A DNA stretch of 64,000 nucleotides from Rikenellaceae bacterium (GTDB lineage Bacteria; Bacteroidota; Bacteroidia; Bacteroidales; Rikenellaceae): the NCBI GenBank assembly GCA_015060105.1, contig SUZD01000010.1:5503-69502 (forward strand), in the 5' to 3' direction. The notes beneath the pieces were generated by a model, which saw only the letters and a list, made by a program, of their open reading frames with translations, was not told the origin of the DNA and ran no database searches. Positions 17,699 through 26,398 of this stretch are shown here, in pieces (positions within the stretch are counted from its first letter, which is position 1; each line of letters opens with the position of its first letter). A program made the translations under genes and the position numbers.

Positions 17699-20566
17699 TT
17701 AGCCAATGATGCCGCCGGTCGAACCGCCGAACTCAACATCCTCGCCTTCTTCCTCGCCACCTTCGCCACCGTCGAGGCCAAGACCGCAAGTGTAGAAGTT
17801 AACAACGGTTACATTACCCGCTGCATCAACCAATGCGAATGCGATGATGTTACCACCCCATTTAGCGTCGTATTCGAGCATACCATTGAAGGTGTACTCA
17901 ACGCCCTCGGTAACGATACGGTAAGCACCGTTCTCGCTTGCGATAGGAGTATCGCCATCAGCAAATTTGAGAGCCACTGTGCTGCTAACCTCGTTGGGAT
18001 GAGCCGAGTCACCAAGGTTCAACAACCAAGCGGTCGAACCAGCGGGGATACCCGATACCGTGAAGGTAGCGGTACCACCAGCAACATTCTCCGAAACGAG
18101 AGTCAAAGCGGGAGTAGTAGGCTCGGGACCGGGAGTGTCACCACCTTGTGTGCCGTTCATACCAACACCGCAAGTGTAGAAATCAACAACAGTTACATTG
18201 CCCGCTGCATCAACCAATGCATAAGCGATGATGTTACCACCCCATTTAGCGTCGTATTCGAGCATACCATTGAAGGTGTACTCAACGCCCTCGGTAACGA
18301 TACGGTAAGCACCGTTCGCGCTTGCGATAGGAGTATCGCCGTCAGCGAATTTAGCAGCAACGTCGCTATTTACGTTCTCGGGTTGAGCCGAGTCACCGAG
18401 GTTCAACAACCAAGCGGTCGAACCAGCGGGAACGCCAGCGATAGTGAAGGTTGCAGTACCACCAGCAACGTCCTCCGAAACGAGAGTCATAGCGGGAGTA
18501 GTAGGCTCGGGACCGGGAGTGTCACCACCACCTACATACTCTTTGGTACCGTTGAATACGCCCTCGCCGCTGCAATAAGCAGCAACTACGATAGGAGTAT
18601 TGTCTGCGCCAACCTCAACTACGAGGATGTTTACAGCGTACTCTGCATAAGCTGCGTCGTAAGCCTCCATGTACTCGTAAGCGAACTCTTGACCGCTCTC
18701 GGTAACCTCTTTCTTTGCACCTGCGATGCTACCTACGGTACCATCATACTCCTCGAAAGCAAAGTCAATCATAGTAGCCAAAGTTGCAGGGCTACCTACG
18801 GTACGAAGGATATAAGTTTTAACAGCGCTGTTTACATTGTTTACTTTAACGGTAGCCGAAGTCGAAGTGGGATCCGAAAGGTTCTCGGTTACAACTTCAA
18901 GAGTAGCACCTTTGTAAAGTTCGCCATAGAGGTTGTCGCCGGGCTCAATGGGAGTGTCACCACCTACATTTTTGTCACCGGTACCTGCCATGTAGTAGTC
19001 GCTGATGCTGAATTTGCCATCTTGGTCAAGAGTAACGGCAGCAACAATCGAACCACCCCAGCTTGCGCTGTAAGGAAGCATAAGGTTGTAGTCGAAAGTC
19101 TCACCTACGATGAACGAAACGGGTTTGAACGAACCGTTAAGGCTCTCGTCAGTACCGTCCCACTCTTGGAGGTTGCTCTCGATAGCCTCTGCCAACTCAC
19201 CCTCGGTAGTCTCGTAGAAGAAATACAACCAAGCTTGAGCTACGTTCTCGCTCTTCGATGCGATGCTAACAGTAGCGGTAACATTCTCCTCGGTTACGGT
19301 ACCCTCTTTAACCGAAATGGTAACCTCACCGGTACCGGTCATATCAACTTTGCTGGGAGTCACCTCCTCGGCTTTCGATGCGAAGAACTCTTTCTCGCTG
19401 TCCCAAAGAGTTACAACGTTGGTCAATGCGCTGGGAGTGCCATCTGCGTCGAATGCCATTGCGATAATAGCGTACTCCAAACCGGGAACATAGATCTCCG
19501 ACTCGATAGTAACCGAACCATTCTCAACGTCGTACTCTTGCCACATGTAAGAAGCCTCCTCCGAGTTCATGATGAAGTCGAGGGTTGCTTTGTTGTTGTT
19601 ATAGTCAACTTTCGAAGTGAAGTAAATACGAACTTTCTCGGTCTCCTCGTTGGTGGTGAGGGTGTAAGTAAGTTTGTAGAGGTCGGTTTGCTCCTCGATA
19701 GTAGCAGCGGTCACAGCACCTTTACCGTTCAACTCAGGACGGGTAGTGTGAACTTTTTGGTAAGCGATGTTACCAATCTTGCCGTCTTTGATAGCGATAG
19801 CGTAGATAACATAGTCGGTGTCAATACCAAGGTCGCCATAGAAAGTAACAGCCTCTTCGCCTGTGCAGATGCGGGGAGTTGTAGCGGCGTTTGCTGCGAG
19901 GTAGGTTTTGATCTCATCGTCAGTCATCTCGTCAGCGTTGAATTGATCTTGGGGGTTTACAGCCAAACGGTAGCCGGTGATGATACGGCACTCGCTGTCG
20001 GTAGTAAGGTCAGCGGTAACTTTGTTCATACCAACAACAACATTGTTGAGTTGGATATCAACGGTGCCATCAACAACAGCTGCGGGAGCGGTGAAAGTCT
20101 CGGTGTAAACTTTGTAGTTGCCTTGTGCATCCTCTGCATAAACAGCAACAGTGTACTTTTGACCCGAGAGAATAACGATACCGGTGTTCTCCTCTTTGGT
20201 TGTCAAACCGTCTTTTACGAGGTCCATCTCTGTCCAAGTTTTGCTCTCGGTAGCCGAGTTGTATTGAACATAAGGATAGCTCTCGTTGGGGTTCAACGAG
20301 TTTTTAGCAGCGTTAACGAAACGAGTTGTGTCGAAAGCCTCTGCGAAAGTAGCACCAGCGACGTAGCGAACGCACTCTTTGTATTTGAGTACCTCGGCGT
20401 CAAAGCTCAATGCAGTGACATTCTTCAATACAAGCGATACCAACTCGCCATTGCCCGAAGGCTCGTCTGTACCTCCACCACCGGGTGCAGGCTTGGGGTC
20501 GTTACAACCCACAACGCTCAGCAGAACAACTGCCAAAAGCGTCCACAATTTTGCAATGTGTTTCAT
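17699..20566 (-). CDS. Large repeat-containing surface lipoprotein, function unknown
   Basis: 955 aa with signal plus lipobox LLSVVGCNDPKP. Beta-rich modules are separated by GGDTP(G)PEP linkers. The acidic tail ends EDVEFGGSTGGIIG. The + ORF 17999-20581 is a shadow. Confidence 0.8.
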   Translation of the reverse strand: MKHIAKLWTLLAVVLLSVVGCNDPKPAPGGGGTDEPSGNGELVSLVLKNVTALSFDAEVLKYKECVRYVAGATFAEAFDTTRFVNAAKNSLNPNESYPYVQYNSATESKTWTEMDLVKDGLTTKEENTGIVILSGQKYTVAVYAEDAQGNYKVYTETFTAPAAVVDGTVDIQLNNVVVGMNKVTADLTTDSECRIITGYRLAVNPQDQFNADEMTDDEIKTYLAANAATTPRICTGEEAVTFYGDLGIDTDYVIYAIAIKDGKIGNIAYQKVHTTRPELNGKGAVTAATIEEQTDLYKLTYTLTTNEETEKVRIYFTSKVDYNNNKATLDFIMNSEEASYMWQEYDVENGSVTIESEIYVPGLEYAIIAMAFDADGTPSALTNVVTLWDSEKEFFASKAEEVTPSKVDMTGTGEVTISVKEGTVTEENVTATVSIASKSENVAQAWLYFFYETTEGELAEAIESNLQEWDGTDESLNGSFKPVSFIVGETFDYNLMLPYSASWGGSIVAAVTLDQDGKFSISDYYMAGTGDKNVGGDTPIEPGDNLYGELYKGATLEVVTENLSDPTSTSATVKVNNVNSAVKTYILRTVGSPATLATMIDFAFEEYDGTVGSIAGAKKEVTESGQEFAYEYMEAYDAAYAEYAVNILVVEVGADNTPIVVAAYCSGEGVFNGTKEYVGGGDTPGPEPTTPAMTLVSEDVAGGTATFTIAGVPAGSTAWLLNLGDSAQPENVNSDVAAKFADGDTPIASANGAYRIVTEGVEYTFNGMLEYDAKWGGNIIAYALVDAAGNVTVVDFYTCGVGMNGTQGGDTPGPEPTTPALTLVSENVAGGTATFTVSGIPAGSTAWLLNLGDSAHPNEVSSTVALKFADGDTPIASENGAYRIVTEGVEYTFNGMLEYDAKWGGNIIAFALVDAAGNVTVVNFYTCGLGLDGGEGGEEEGEDVEFGGSTGGIIG
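17760..18530 (-). repeat. In-frame tandem duplication (2 x 384 bp) inside the lipoprotein gene
   Basis: The period is 384 nt. A 93-nt run is identical at 17841-17933 and 18225-18317. Confidence 0.9.
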
Positions 20567-20668
20567 AGTTTTGTTTGTTAAATAAAAAGAATAAATTGTT
20601 GTTTTTCTCTCTTGTTAATTTGGTGTTATGCGGCTATTTCCAGCCCTACATATGCCTATATTAGAATG

Positions 20669-20676
20669 CAAATATA
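20669..20676 (-). promoter_or_regulatory. Candidate -7 box (TAtaTTTG on minus) for the 955-aa lipoprotein gene, embedded in an (AT)6 tract
   Basis: CAAATATA on the plus strand, with (AT)6 at 20672-20683. I found no good -33 TTTG. Confidence 0.3.
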
Positions 20677-20761
20677 TATATATTTTTTAAAAACTTGTTG
20701 TTAATTATTGATTTTTCAGTTTTTTGTCGCAGAAAAGGTGTTTTTTGCTCCCAAACACAAC

Positions 20762-20794
20762 AAAAAAACTCCCCGCTCAGAGGGAGTTTTTTGT
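20762..20794 (-). terminator. Terminator after fabG
   Basis: Stem AACTCCC/GGGAGTT flanked by an A-run and a T-run. Confidence 0.7.
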
Positions 20795-20820
20795 TGGATT
20801 GGAAAATACGATGGACGAGC

Positions 20821-21567
20821 CTACATATTCATTCCGCCGCAGCAGTGAATAACCTGACCTGTAACATATTGCGACAAGTCGCTCGCCAAGAAGAGAGCCA
20901 CTTTGGCAACATCTTCGGGAGTTCCGCCGCGACGCAAGGGGATTTGTTTTGCCCACTCGTTGCGTACCTCTTCGGGCAGGGCGTTTGTCATCTCGGTAAT
21001 GATGAATCCGGGGGCGATGGCGTTGGCGCGAATACCGCGTGCGCCCATCTCCTTGGCAATACTCTTTGCAAGGCCAATCATACCCGCTTTCGAGGCCGAG
21101 TAGTTGCACTGTCCTGCATTTCCCGAAACGCCCACAACCGAGGCCATATTGATAATGCTACCACCGCGTTGGCGAGCCATAACGGGGGTCGTGGCGTGAA
21201 TAAAGTTGAACGCCGATTTCAGATTGACGGTAAGCACGGCGTCCCAATCAGCCTCGCTCATACGCATCATAAGTTTGTCGCGGGTGATACCTGCGTTATT
21301 TACAAGAATATCGATGCGTCCGAAGTCTGCCACTACTTGCTCGACGACGCTGTGAGCCTCGTCGAAAACGGCTGCATTGGAGGCATAGCCTTTGCATTTC
21401 ACGCCCAACGCCTCAATCTCTGCCTCTGTTGCCTTGCCGTTCTCGTCGATTGCAAGGTCGGTGAATGCGATGTCGGCTCCCTCGGCTGCAAATTGCAGTG
21501 CAATGGCCTTTCCGATGCCTCGTGCGGCACCTGTTACGAGCGCCACTTTACCAGATAATAGTCCCAT
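20821..21567 (-). CDS. fabG: 3-oxoacyl-[acyl-carrier-protein] reductase
   Basis: 248 aa with [13 protein letters not shown] (Rossmann), NYSASKAG (YxxxK) and a C-terminal GGMNM. Confidence 0.9.
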   Translation of the reverse strand: MGLLSGKVALVTGAARGIGKAIALQFAAEGADIAFTDLAIDENGKATEAEIEALGVKCKGYASNAAVFDEAHSVVEQVVADFGRIDILVNNAGITRDKLMMRMSEADWDAVLTVNLKSAFNFIHATTPVMARQRGGSIINMASVVGVSGNAGQCNYSASKAGMIGLAKSIAKEMGARGIRANAIAPGFIITEMTNALPEEVRNEWAKQIPLRRGGTPEDVAKVALFLASDLSQYVTGQVIHCCGGMNM

Positions 21568-21662
21568 ATTCGAAAAATATTAAAATTATCGCCCCAAAGA
21601 TACCGTTTTTTTTGAAAGAAATCGCTATTTTAGCCGAGCGAAACAAAATAACTCATCATATT

Positions 21663-22943
21663 ATGACACAAGACAAACAAATTTTTGACCTCATCGCCGA
21701 CGAGCGTAGCCGTCAGATGAAGGGTATCGAACTTATTGCTTCCGAGAACTTTGTGAGCGACCAAGTGATGGCTGCTATGGGCTCGGTTTTGACCAACAAG
21801 TATGCCGAGGGCTACCCCGCAGCGCGATATTATGGCGGTTGCGAGGTGGTTGACCAAGTGGAAAAACTCGCTATCGAGCGTCTGTGCAAGCTCTACGACG
21901 CCGAGTATGCCAACGTGCAACCCCACTCGGGCGCACAAGCAAATATGGCGGTTTTCTTCACCTGTCTGAAACCCGGCGATACCTTTATGGGTCTTGACCT
22001 TTCGCACGGAGGTCACCTTTCGCACGGTTCGCCCGTCAATATGTCGGGTATGTATTTCAATGCCGTAGGTTACAAACTCGACGAGGCAACAGGTACCATT
22101 GACTACGATGCAATGGAGGCTTTGGCGATGGAGTGCAAACCCAAACTTATCGTCGGAGGTGCTTCGGCATATAGCCGTGAGTGGGATTACAAACGTATGC
22201 GCGAGATTGCCGACAAGGTAGGTGCTTTGCTTATGGTCGATATGGCTCACACCGCAGGTCTTATTGCTGCCGGTCTGCTCGACAACCCCGTGAAATATGC
22301 TCACATCGTAACCTCGACAACTCACAAAACACTTCGTGGTCCTCGTGGCGGTATTATCCTGATGGGTAAAGATTTCGACAACCCTTGGGGTAAAACCACT
22401 CCCAAAGGCGAGATTCGCAAGATGTCGGCTCTGTTGAACTCGGCTGTATTCCCCGGTATTCAAGGCGGTCCGTTGGAGCACGTTATCGCAGCCAAAGCGG
22501 TTGCTTTTGGCGAGGCTCTCGAACCCTCGTACAAAGAGTACCAAATGCAAGTCAAGAAAAACGCAGCCGCAATGGCCGAGGCATTTATCAAACGCGGCTA
22601 CAAGATTGTGAGTGGCGGTACCGACAACCACCTTGTGCTTGTTGATTTGCGCACCAAGTTCCCCGACCTCACAGGTAAAGTTGCCGAGAAAGTGCTTGTT
22701 GCTGCCGACATCACAACCAACAAGAATATGGTTCCTTTCGATAGTCGCTCGCCGTTCCAAACATCGGGATTGCGTTTTGGTGCTCCTGCCATCACTACTC
22801 GCGGTCTTAAAGAGGACCAAATGGACAAAATCGTCGAGCTTATCGACCGAGTTCTTGCCGACCATGAGAACGAGGAGAACATTGCAGCCGTTCGCGCCGA
22901 GGTTAATGCGATGATGGCGCAATATCCTTTGTTTGCTTGGTAA
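21663..22943 (+). CDS. glyA: Serine hydroxymethyltransferase
   Basis: [35 protein letters not shown] used the ATG at 21663, because the track start 21465 would overlap fabG. Confidence 0.97.
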   Translation: MTQDKQIFDLIADERSRQMKGIELIASENFVSDQVMAAMGSVLTNKYAEGYPAARYYGGCEVVDQVEKLAIERLCKLYDAEYANVQPHSGAQANMAVFFTCLKPGDTFMGLDLSHGGHLSHGSPVNMSGMYFNAVGYKLDEATGTIDYDAMEALAMECKPKLIVGGASAYSREWDYKRMREIADKVGALLMVDMAHTAGLIAAGLLDNPVKYAHIVTSTTHKTLRGPRGGIILMGKDFDNPWGKTTPKGEIRKMSALLNSAVFPGIQGGPLEHVIAAKAVAFGEALEPSYKEYQMQVKKNAAAMAEAFIKRGYKIVSGGTDNHLVLVDLRTKFPDLTGKVAEKVLVAADITTNKNMVPFDSRSPFQTSGLRFGAPAITTRGLKEDQMDKIVELIDRVLADHENEENIAAVRAEVNAMMAQYPLFAW

Positions 22944-23087
22944 ACGAAGCCTTGGCCGAAGCCGCATAATTAGGTGATTTCGGCGTTATGCTTACGCGGG
23001 GAGTCCTCACATACGCAAAGTATGCTGCGGCTCCCCGCGTTTCGCATGCCTTGAACTCCCACTAATTATGCGACTTCGCGGTGATTT
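22944..23087 (+). repeat. Nested-hairpin intergenic repeat, locus B (one complete unit), subfamily 2
   Basis: It starts 1 nt after the glyA TAA. Arms are CGAAGCCGCATAATTAG / CTAATTATGCGACTTCG, the middle stem is ACGCGGGGAG/CTCCCCGCGT, and the core is TCCTCACATACGCAAAGTATGCTGCGG. Confidence 0.9.
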
Positions 23088-23097
23088 AGTTCCTTTT

Positions 23098-23826
23098 TTA
23101 ATCTTTGATTCCGACCTCCTGTTTCGAGGCGAAGAGTGTCGCTATGCTGATATGGCAGTCGGGTACTTCGCGCAGTATGGCCTCGCCGCACGACACCATT
23201 GTTGCGCCCGTAGTAAAGACATCATCGACCAACAGCAAGTGGCGACCCCTCAATAGTTCGGGGCGGGCAACCGAGAACGCATCTTTGACATTATCCCAGC
23301 GTTGCTCTTTGGCTGCAAGTCGTTGAGGCGGAGTATTGGCGTTGCGTTTCAGCACTCCTCGCAAGTACTTGATATTCATACTCTCGGCAATGCCTTGTGC
23401 CAGAAAATCCGATTGATTGTATCCGCGTGACAGGGTGCGCGCTTTGTGTAGCGGAACGGCGGCTACGCTGTCGATGTGAGCCCATAGTGGAGATTGTGCG
23501 AGCATCTGTCCCATCATTCTGCCCGCCGCGAGTGCGCGATGCCATTGTCCCCGAAACTTAAACTCGTAGGCGAGGTTGCGCCACAAACCCTCGTGCACAT
23601 AAAACAGCAGCGAGCAGCCACGCTCAATGGGTATCATATTCCATACGCGCTCGGCAACGGGGTTGTTCGCCAAATTTTCGAAACCCGTAAGAGGCGCATC
23701 GACCATACATTTGGTGCAGATGAGTTGGCTCTCATTGTCGATGTGGCCCAAACATACGGGGCAATGCTTGGGGAAAAACAGACGAAAAATATCGATTATG
23801 TTATTGAGGGTCGACATTGAACACAA
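23098..23826 (-). CDS. comF: ComF-family phosphoribosyltransferase-like protein
   Basis: 242 aa with an N-terminal CPVC..CTKC zinc finger and the PRTase motif LLLVDDVFTTGAT. Confidence 0.8.
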   Translation of the reverse strand: MCSMSTLNNIIDIFRLFFPKHCPVCLGHIDNESQLICTKCMVDAPLTGFENLANNPVAERVWNMIPIERGCSLLFYVHEGLWRNLAYEFKFRGQWHRALAAGRMMGQMLAQSPLWAHIDSVAAVPLHKARTLSRGYNQSDFLAQGIAESMNIKYLRGVLKRNANTPPQRLAAKEQRWDNVKDAFSVARPELLRGRHLLLVDDVFTTGATMVSCGEAILREVPDCHISIATLFASKQEVGIKD

Positions 23827-25999
23827 TCGCGGTTTTTTTCCATCGTTTGCGAGTGTCGGCAGCGGCCGTCAACAACGATTGTTTTATCTCCGACAGAGTT
23901 GCACTGCGGTCGATTTTGAGGATTATCAATTGTGCGTGTCCGCGTCCGTAGCCCTCCTGCATAAGGGGTTGAGGCCCAAGAACTTCGACTTTGGGCAGAC
24001 GTGCCTTGCGAGCCATTGCTTGTGCCGCTTCAACAGCTTCGTCGTACTGTTCACTTCGCACCTCAATCTGAATCATACGGCAGTAGGGCGGATAGTTAAA
24101 TTCGCATCGTTCGTCGAGTATGTTGCGTGCTGCGGCGATGTAGTTTCCTTGTGCTGCGGCAACGATTATGGGGTTTGTGGGGTTGGCTGTCTGAATAACC
24201 ACAACGCCTTGTGTGGTGCGTCGGCCGGCTCGACCTGCCGCCTGCATAATGGTTTGCAGGGCGCGCTCCGAGGCTCGGAAATCTGCCACCGACAACAGAT
24301 TGTCGGCATTGAGTATGCCCGTCACAGTAACTCCCTCGAAGTCAAAGCCTTTGGTTACAAGGCGAGTGCCGACAAGTATGTCGGTTTGGTGGCTCTCCAT
24401 ACGATGTATTATCTCGCGTATGCGCGCGGGCGAGGAGGCGCTATCTCGGTCAAGGCGTTCAACCGTTGCATTGGGATATAGCTCTTTGGCGTATTGCTCG
24501 ATTTGTTGTGTTCCCGTACCCATCGGTTGCAGTTCGGAGGAGTTGCAACGGGGGCACACCTCGGGCAGAGGGTAGTATCGGCCGCAATAGTGGCAGCGCA
24601 AACGATTGCCGTGTTGTGCCAGCGAGATGTTACAGCGGTCGCAACGGGGTATCCAGCCGCAACTACACTCGACGTAGGAGGCTGTTCCTCGTCGCTCCTG
24701 AAAAAGTATGGTCTGCTCGTTGCGGTCGAGCGCACTCTGTATGGCATCGCGCAACTCCATATTGAAGAATCGTTGTCGCTCGCCACGACGTGCCGAACTT
24801 CGCACATCGCTCACAACCACCTTTGGAGGTGTCGCTCCGCCCCAACGCTCATCAAGAACGATATGTAAATACTTGCCTGCAAAGGCATTATAGAGGCTCT
24901 CCATCGAGGGTGTGGCGGCGCAAAGAATGGTCTTGGCGCGATGTTTGGCTGCCAATACAATGGCGCAATCGCGTGCCGAATATCGAGGTGCGGTGTCGGT
25001 CTGCTTGTAGGAGTTGTCGTACTCCTCATCGACAACCACAACACCGAGTTTTCGTAGCGGCAGAAGAACTGACGAGCGCACACCAACCACCAATCGCGGT
25101 GTATTGCTCGTTGCCAGGCTCCACACTATCTCGGCGCGACGACGCTCGGTAAGCCCCGAGTGGTACAACACCACAGCGTCGCCAAAGGTGCGGCGCAGTC
25201 GCTCGGCAAAGTGTGACGACAGACTCATCTCGGGAACAAGCCACAAAACATCGTGTCCTTTGGCCAGTGCACGGGCGGCAAGGGTCATCACAATCTCGGT
25301 CTTGCCACTACCCGCAACACCTTGAAGCAGTGCTGTTTGTTGCTTGCGCAAGCCTTGTTCGAGTGCATCGAATACCTCTTTTTGCGCCTCGGAGAGGGTG
25401 GGGGTTGTGATAGGTTGTGTGGTGGTGTCGGAGCAGACAGTTTTGGTGTATATTTCAATGGCTCCTGCTTGTTGCAGATTGCGCAAAACGGCATACGAAA
25501 CGCCGTGTTCCGCAAGTGTGGCACGGCGTACCTCGCCTTGTTGCGAGAGAGAGCGAATTAACTCCGCCGCCTCAATCTGTTTGCGCGCTCGTTTGGGCAG
25601 AGTAACACCCTCGACAATGCGCACAAAATCGACCTCGCGCGGGCGAAAAATCGAACGGCGAAACTCCTCGTCGGTAAGTCCTGCGGGCTTGATAAGCGAC
25701 GGCAGTGCAGCGCGCACCACCTCGCCCAGGGTACACATATAGTAATCCGCCATCCAGCACCACAACTCAATGGTCTGGCGGGTTACCATCGGTCGTTCGA
25801 AGAGCACCTCTTCGACGGGGCGTATTTTGGCGTATGGCGGTCGGTTGTTGTGCTTGCCGACAACAACGCCTCCAACTCGTCGTCGCTCGCCCAAATGCAC
25901 AGCAACAACACATCCGCACTCGACCTGTTGTGCGAGTGCGGACGGTAACTCGAAAGTGAATGGCCCTTGTGCAATGGGCAGTGCAACATCAACGTACAC
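23801..25999 (-). CDS. priA: Primosomal protein N-prime (replication restart helicase)
   Basis: 732 aa with Walker A GVAGSGKT, DEEY (DExH-like) and Cys-rich zinc motifs CSCGW..CDRC..CHYCG..CPRC. Confidence 0.93.
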   Translation of the reverse strand: MYVDVALPIAQGPFTFELPSALAQQVECGCVVAVHLGERRRVGGVVVGKHNNRPPYAKIRPVEEVLFERPMVTRQTIELWCWMADYYMCTLGEVVRAALPSLIKPAGLTDEEFRRSIFRPREVDFVRIVEGVTLPKRARKQIEAAELIRSLSQQGEVRRATLAEHGVSYAVLRNLQQAGAIEIYTKTVCSDTTTQPITTPTLSEAQKEVFDALEQGLRKQQTALLQGVAGSGKTEIVMTLAARALAKGHDVLWLVPEMSLSSHFAERLRRTFGDAVVLYHSGLTERRRAEIVWSLATSNTPRLVVGVRSSVLLPLRKLGVVVVDEEYDNSYKQTDTAPRYSARDCAIVLAAKHRAKTILCAATPSMESLYNAFAGKYLHIVLDERWGGATPPKVVVSDVRSSARRGERQRFFNMELRDAIQSALDRNEQTILFQERRGTASYVECSCGWIPRCDRCNISLAQHGNRLRCHYCGRYYPLPEVCPRCNSSELQPMGTGTQQIEQYAKELYPNATVERLDRDSASSPARIREIIHRMESHQTDILVGTRLVTKGFDFEGVTVTGILNADNLLSVADFRASERALQTIMQAAGRAGRRTTQGVVVIQTANPTNPIIVAAAQGNYIAAARNILDERCEFNYPPYCRMIQIEVRSEQYDEAVEAAQAMARKARLPKVEVLGPQPLMQEGYGRGHAQLIILKIDRSATLSEIKQSLLTAAADTRKRWKKTAIVFNVDPQ

Positions 26000-26031
26000 G
26001 ACTACATCTTAATACTTTGTGCTGCAAAGTG

Positions 26032-26250
26032 TTACTTGACGGGTTGTGCTTCGAGAAACTCATTGGCTCGTTCGGCGTCTTCGGCCTTGACGCAGAGTCC
26101 GCAGGCGAAAAGTCCTGTCGGCCAAACCTGCGAGGTAAACTCGTTGGTCATGTAACACTCGAATCCGGCCGATTCGAGCAGCGATTTAACAATTTGAGCC
26201 TCGCCCTCGTTGCTAAATCTTCGGATTACGATTAAATCACTCTTTGCCAT
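26032..26250 (-). CDS. Small DUF2007-like protein
   Basis: 72 aa from the ATG at 26248-26250 (MAKSDLIVIRRFSNEGEAQIVKSLLESAGF). The track start 26331 adds an unlikely extension. Confidence 0.55.
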   Translation of the reverse strand: MAKSDLIVIRRFSNEGEAQIVKSLLESAGFECYMTNEFTSQVWPTGLFACGLCVKAEDAERANEFLEAQPVK

Positions 26251-26398
26251 AATACGACTTTTTAGGGGTGAAAAATGCTCTTTATTTGTCTGCCATAAAG
26301 ATATGAATTTTTTGTGAGAAAAAGAGCCCAAAAGATTATTTTTTTCAATCTTATTTTTGTATTTTTGTTACCTCGTGAAACATCAAAACACAAGACCT

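Noticed and set aside
17999-20581. 860-aa ORF on the + strand, opposite the 955-aa lipoprotein gene
   Set aside because: It is codon-aligned antisense shadow. The translation is low-complexity (S/G/T/V-rich) with no signal or motifs. The minus frame gives a clean lipoprotein signal, a modular repeat structure, a terminator and a promoter-side leader.
21465-21662. Upstream extensions of glyA (21465), dnaE (26357), metG (63221), the FtsX permease (5881), DUF2007 (26331) and dsbD (42613, TTG)
   Set aside because: The extensions overlap neighbouring genes or promoter regions and add non-conserved residues. Internal ATGs give the family-typical N-termini.
21630-22967. Long antisense ORFs opposite glyA (also 27737-29449 opposite dnaE, 37318-39045 and 39124-40113 opposite the TBDR, 53763-55469 and 55396-57423 opposite atpA/atpB/atpD, 57420-58751 opposite atpI)
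   Set aside because: The sense strands encode unmistakable conserved enzymes. The antisense frames stay open only because of codon bias.
23068-23256. 62-aa ORF starting in the right arm of repeat locus B, and a 25-codon ORF through the core of locus B
   Set aside because: The frames are not conserved in the other copies. Locus C unit 1 stops after 10 codons, and locus D unit 1 has no ATG. The 62-aa ORF overlaps comF antisense.
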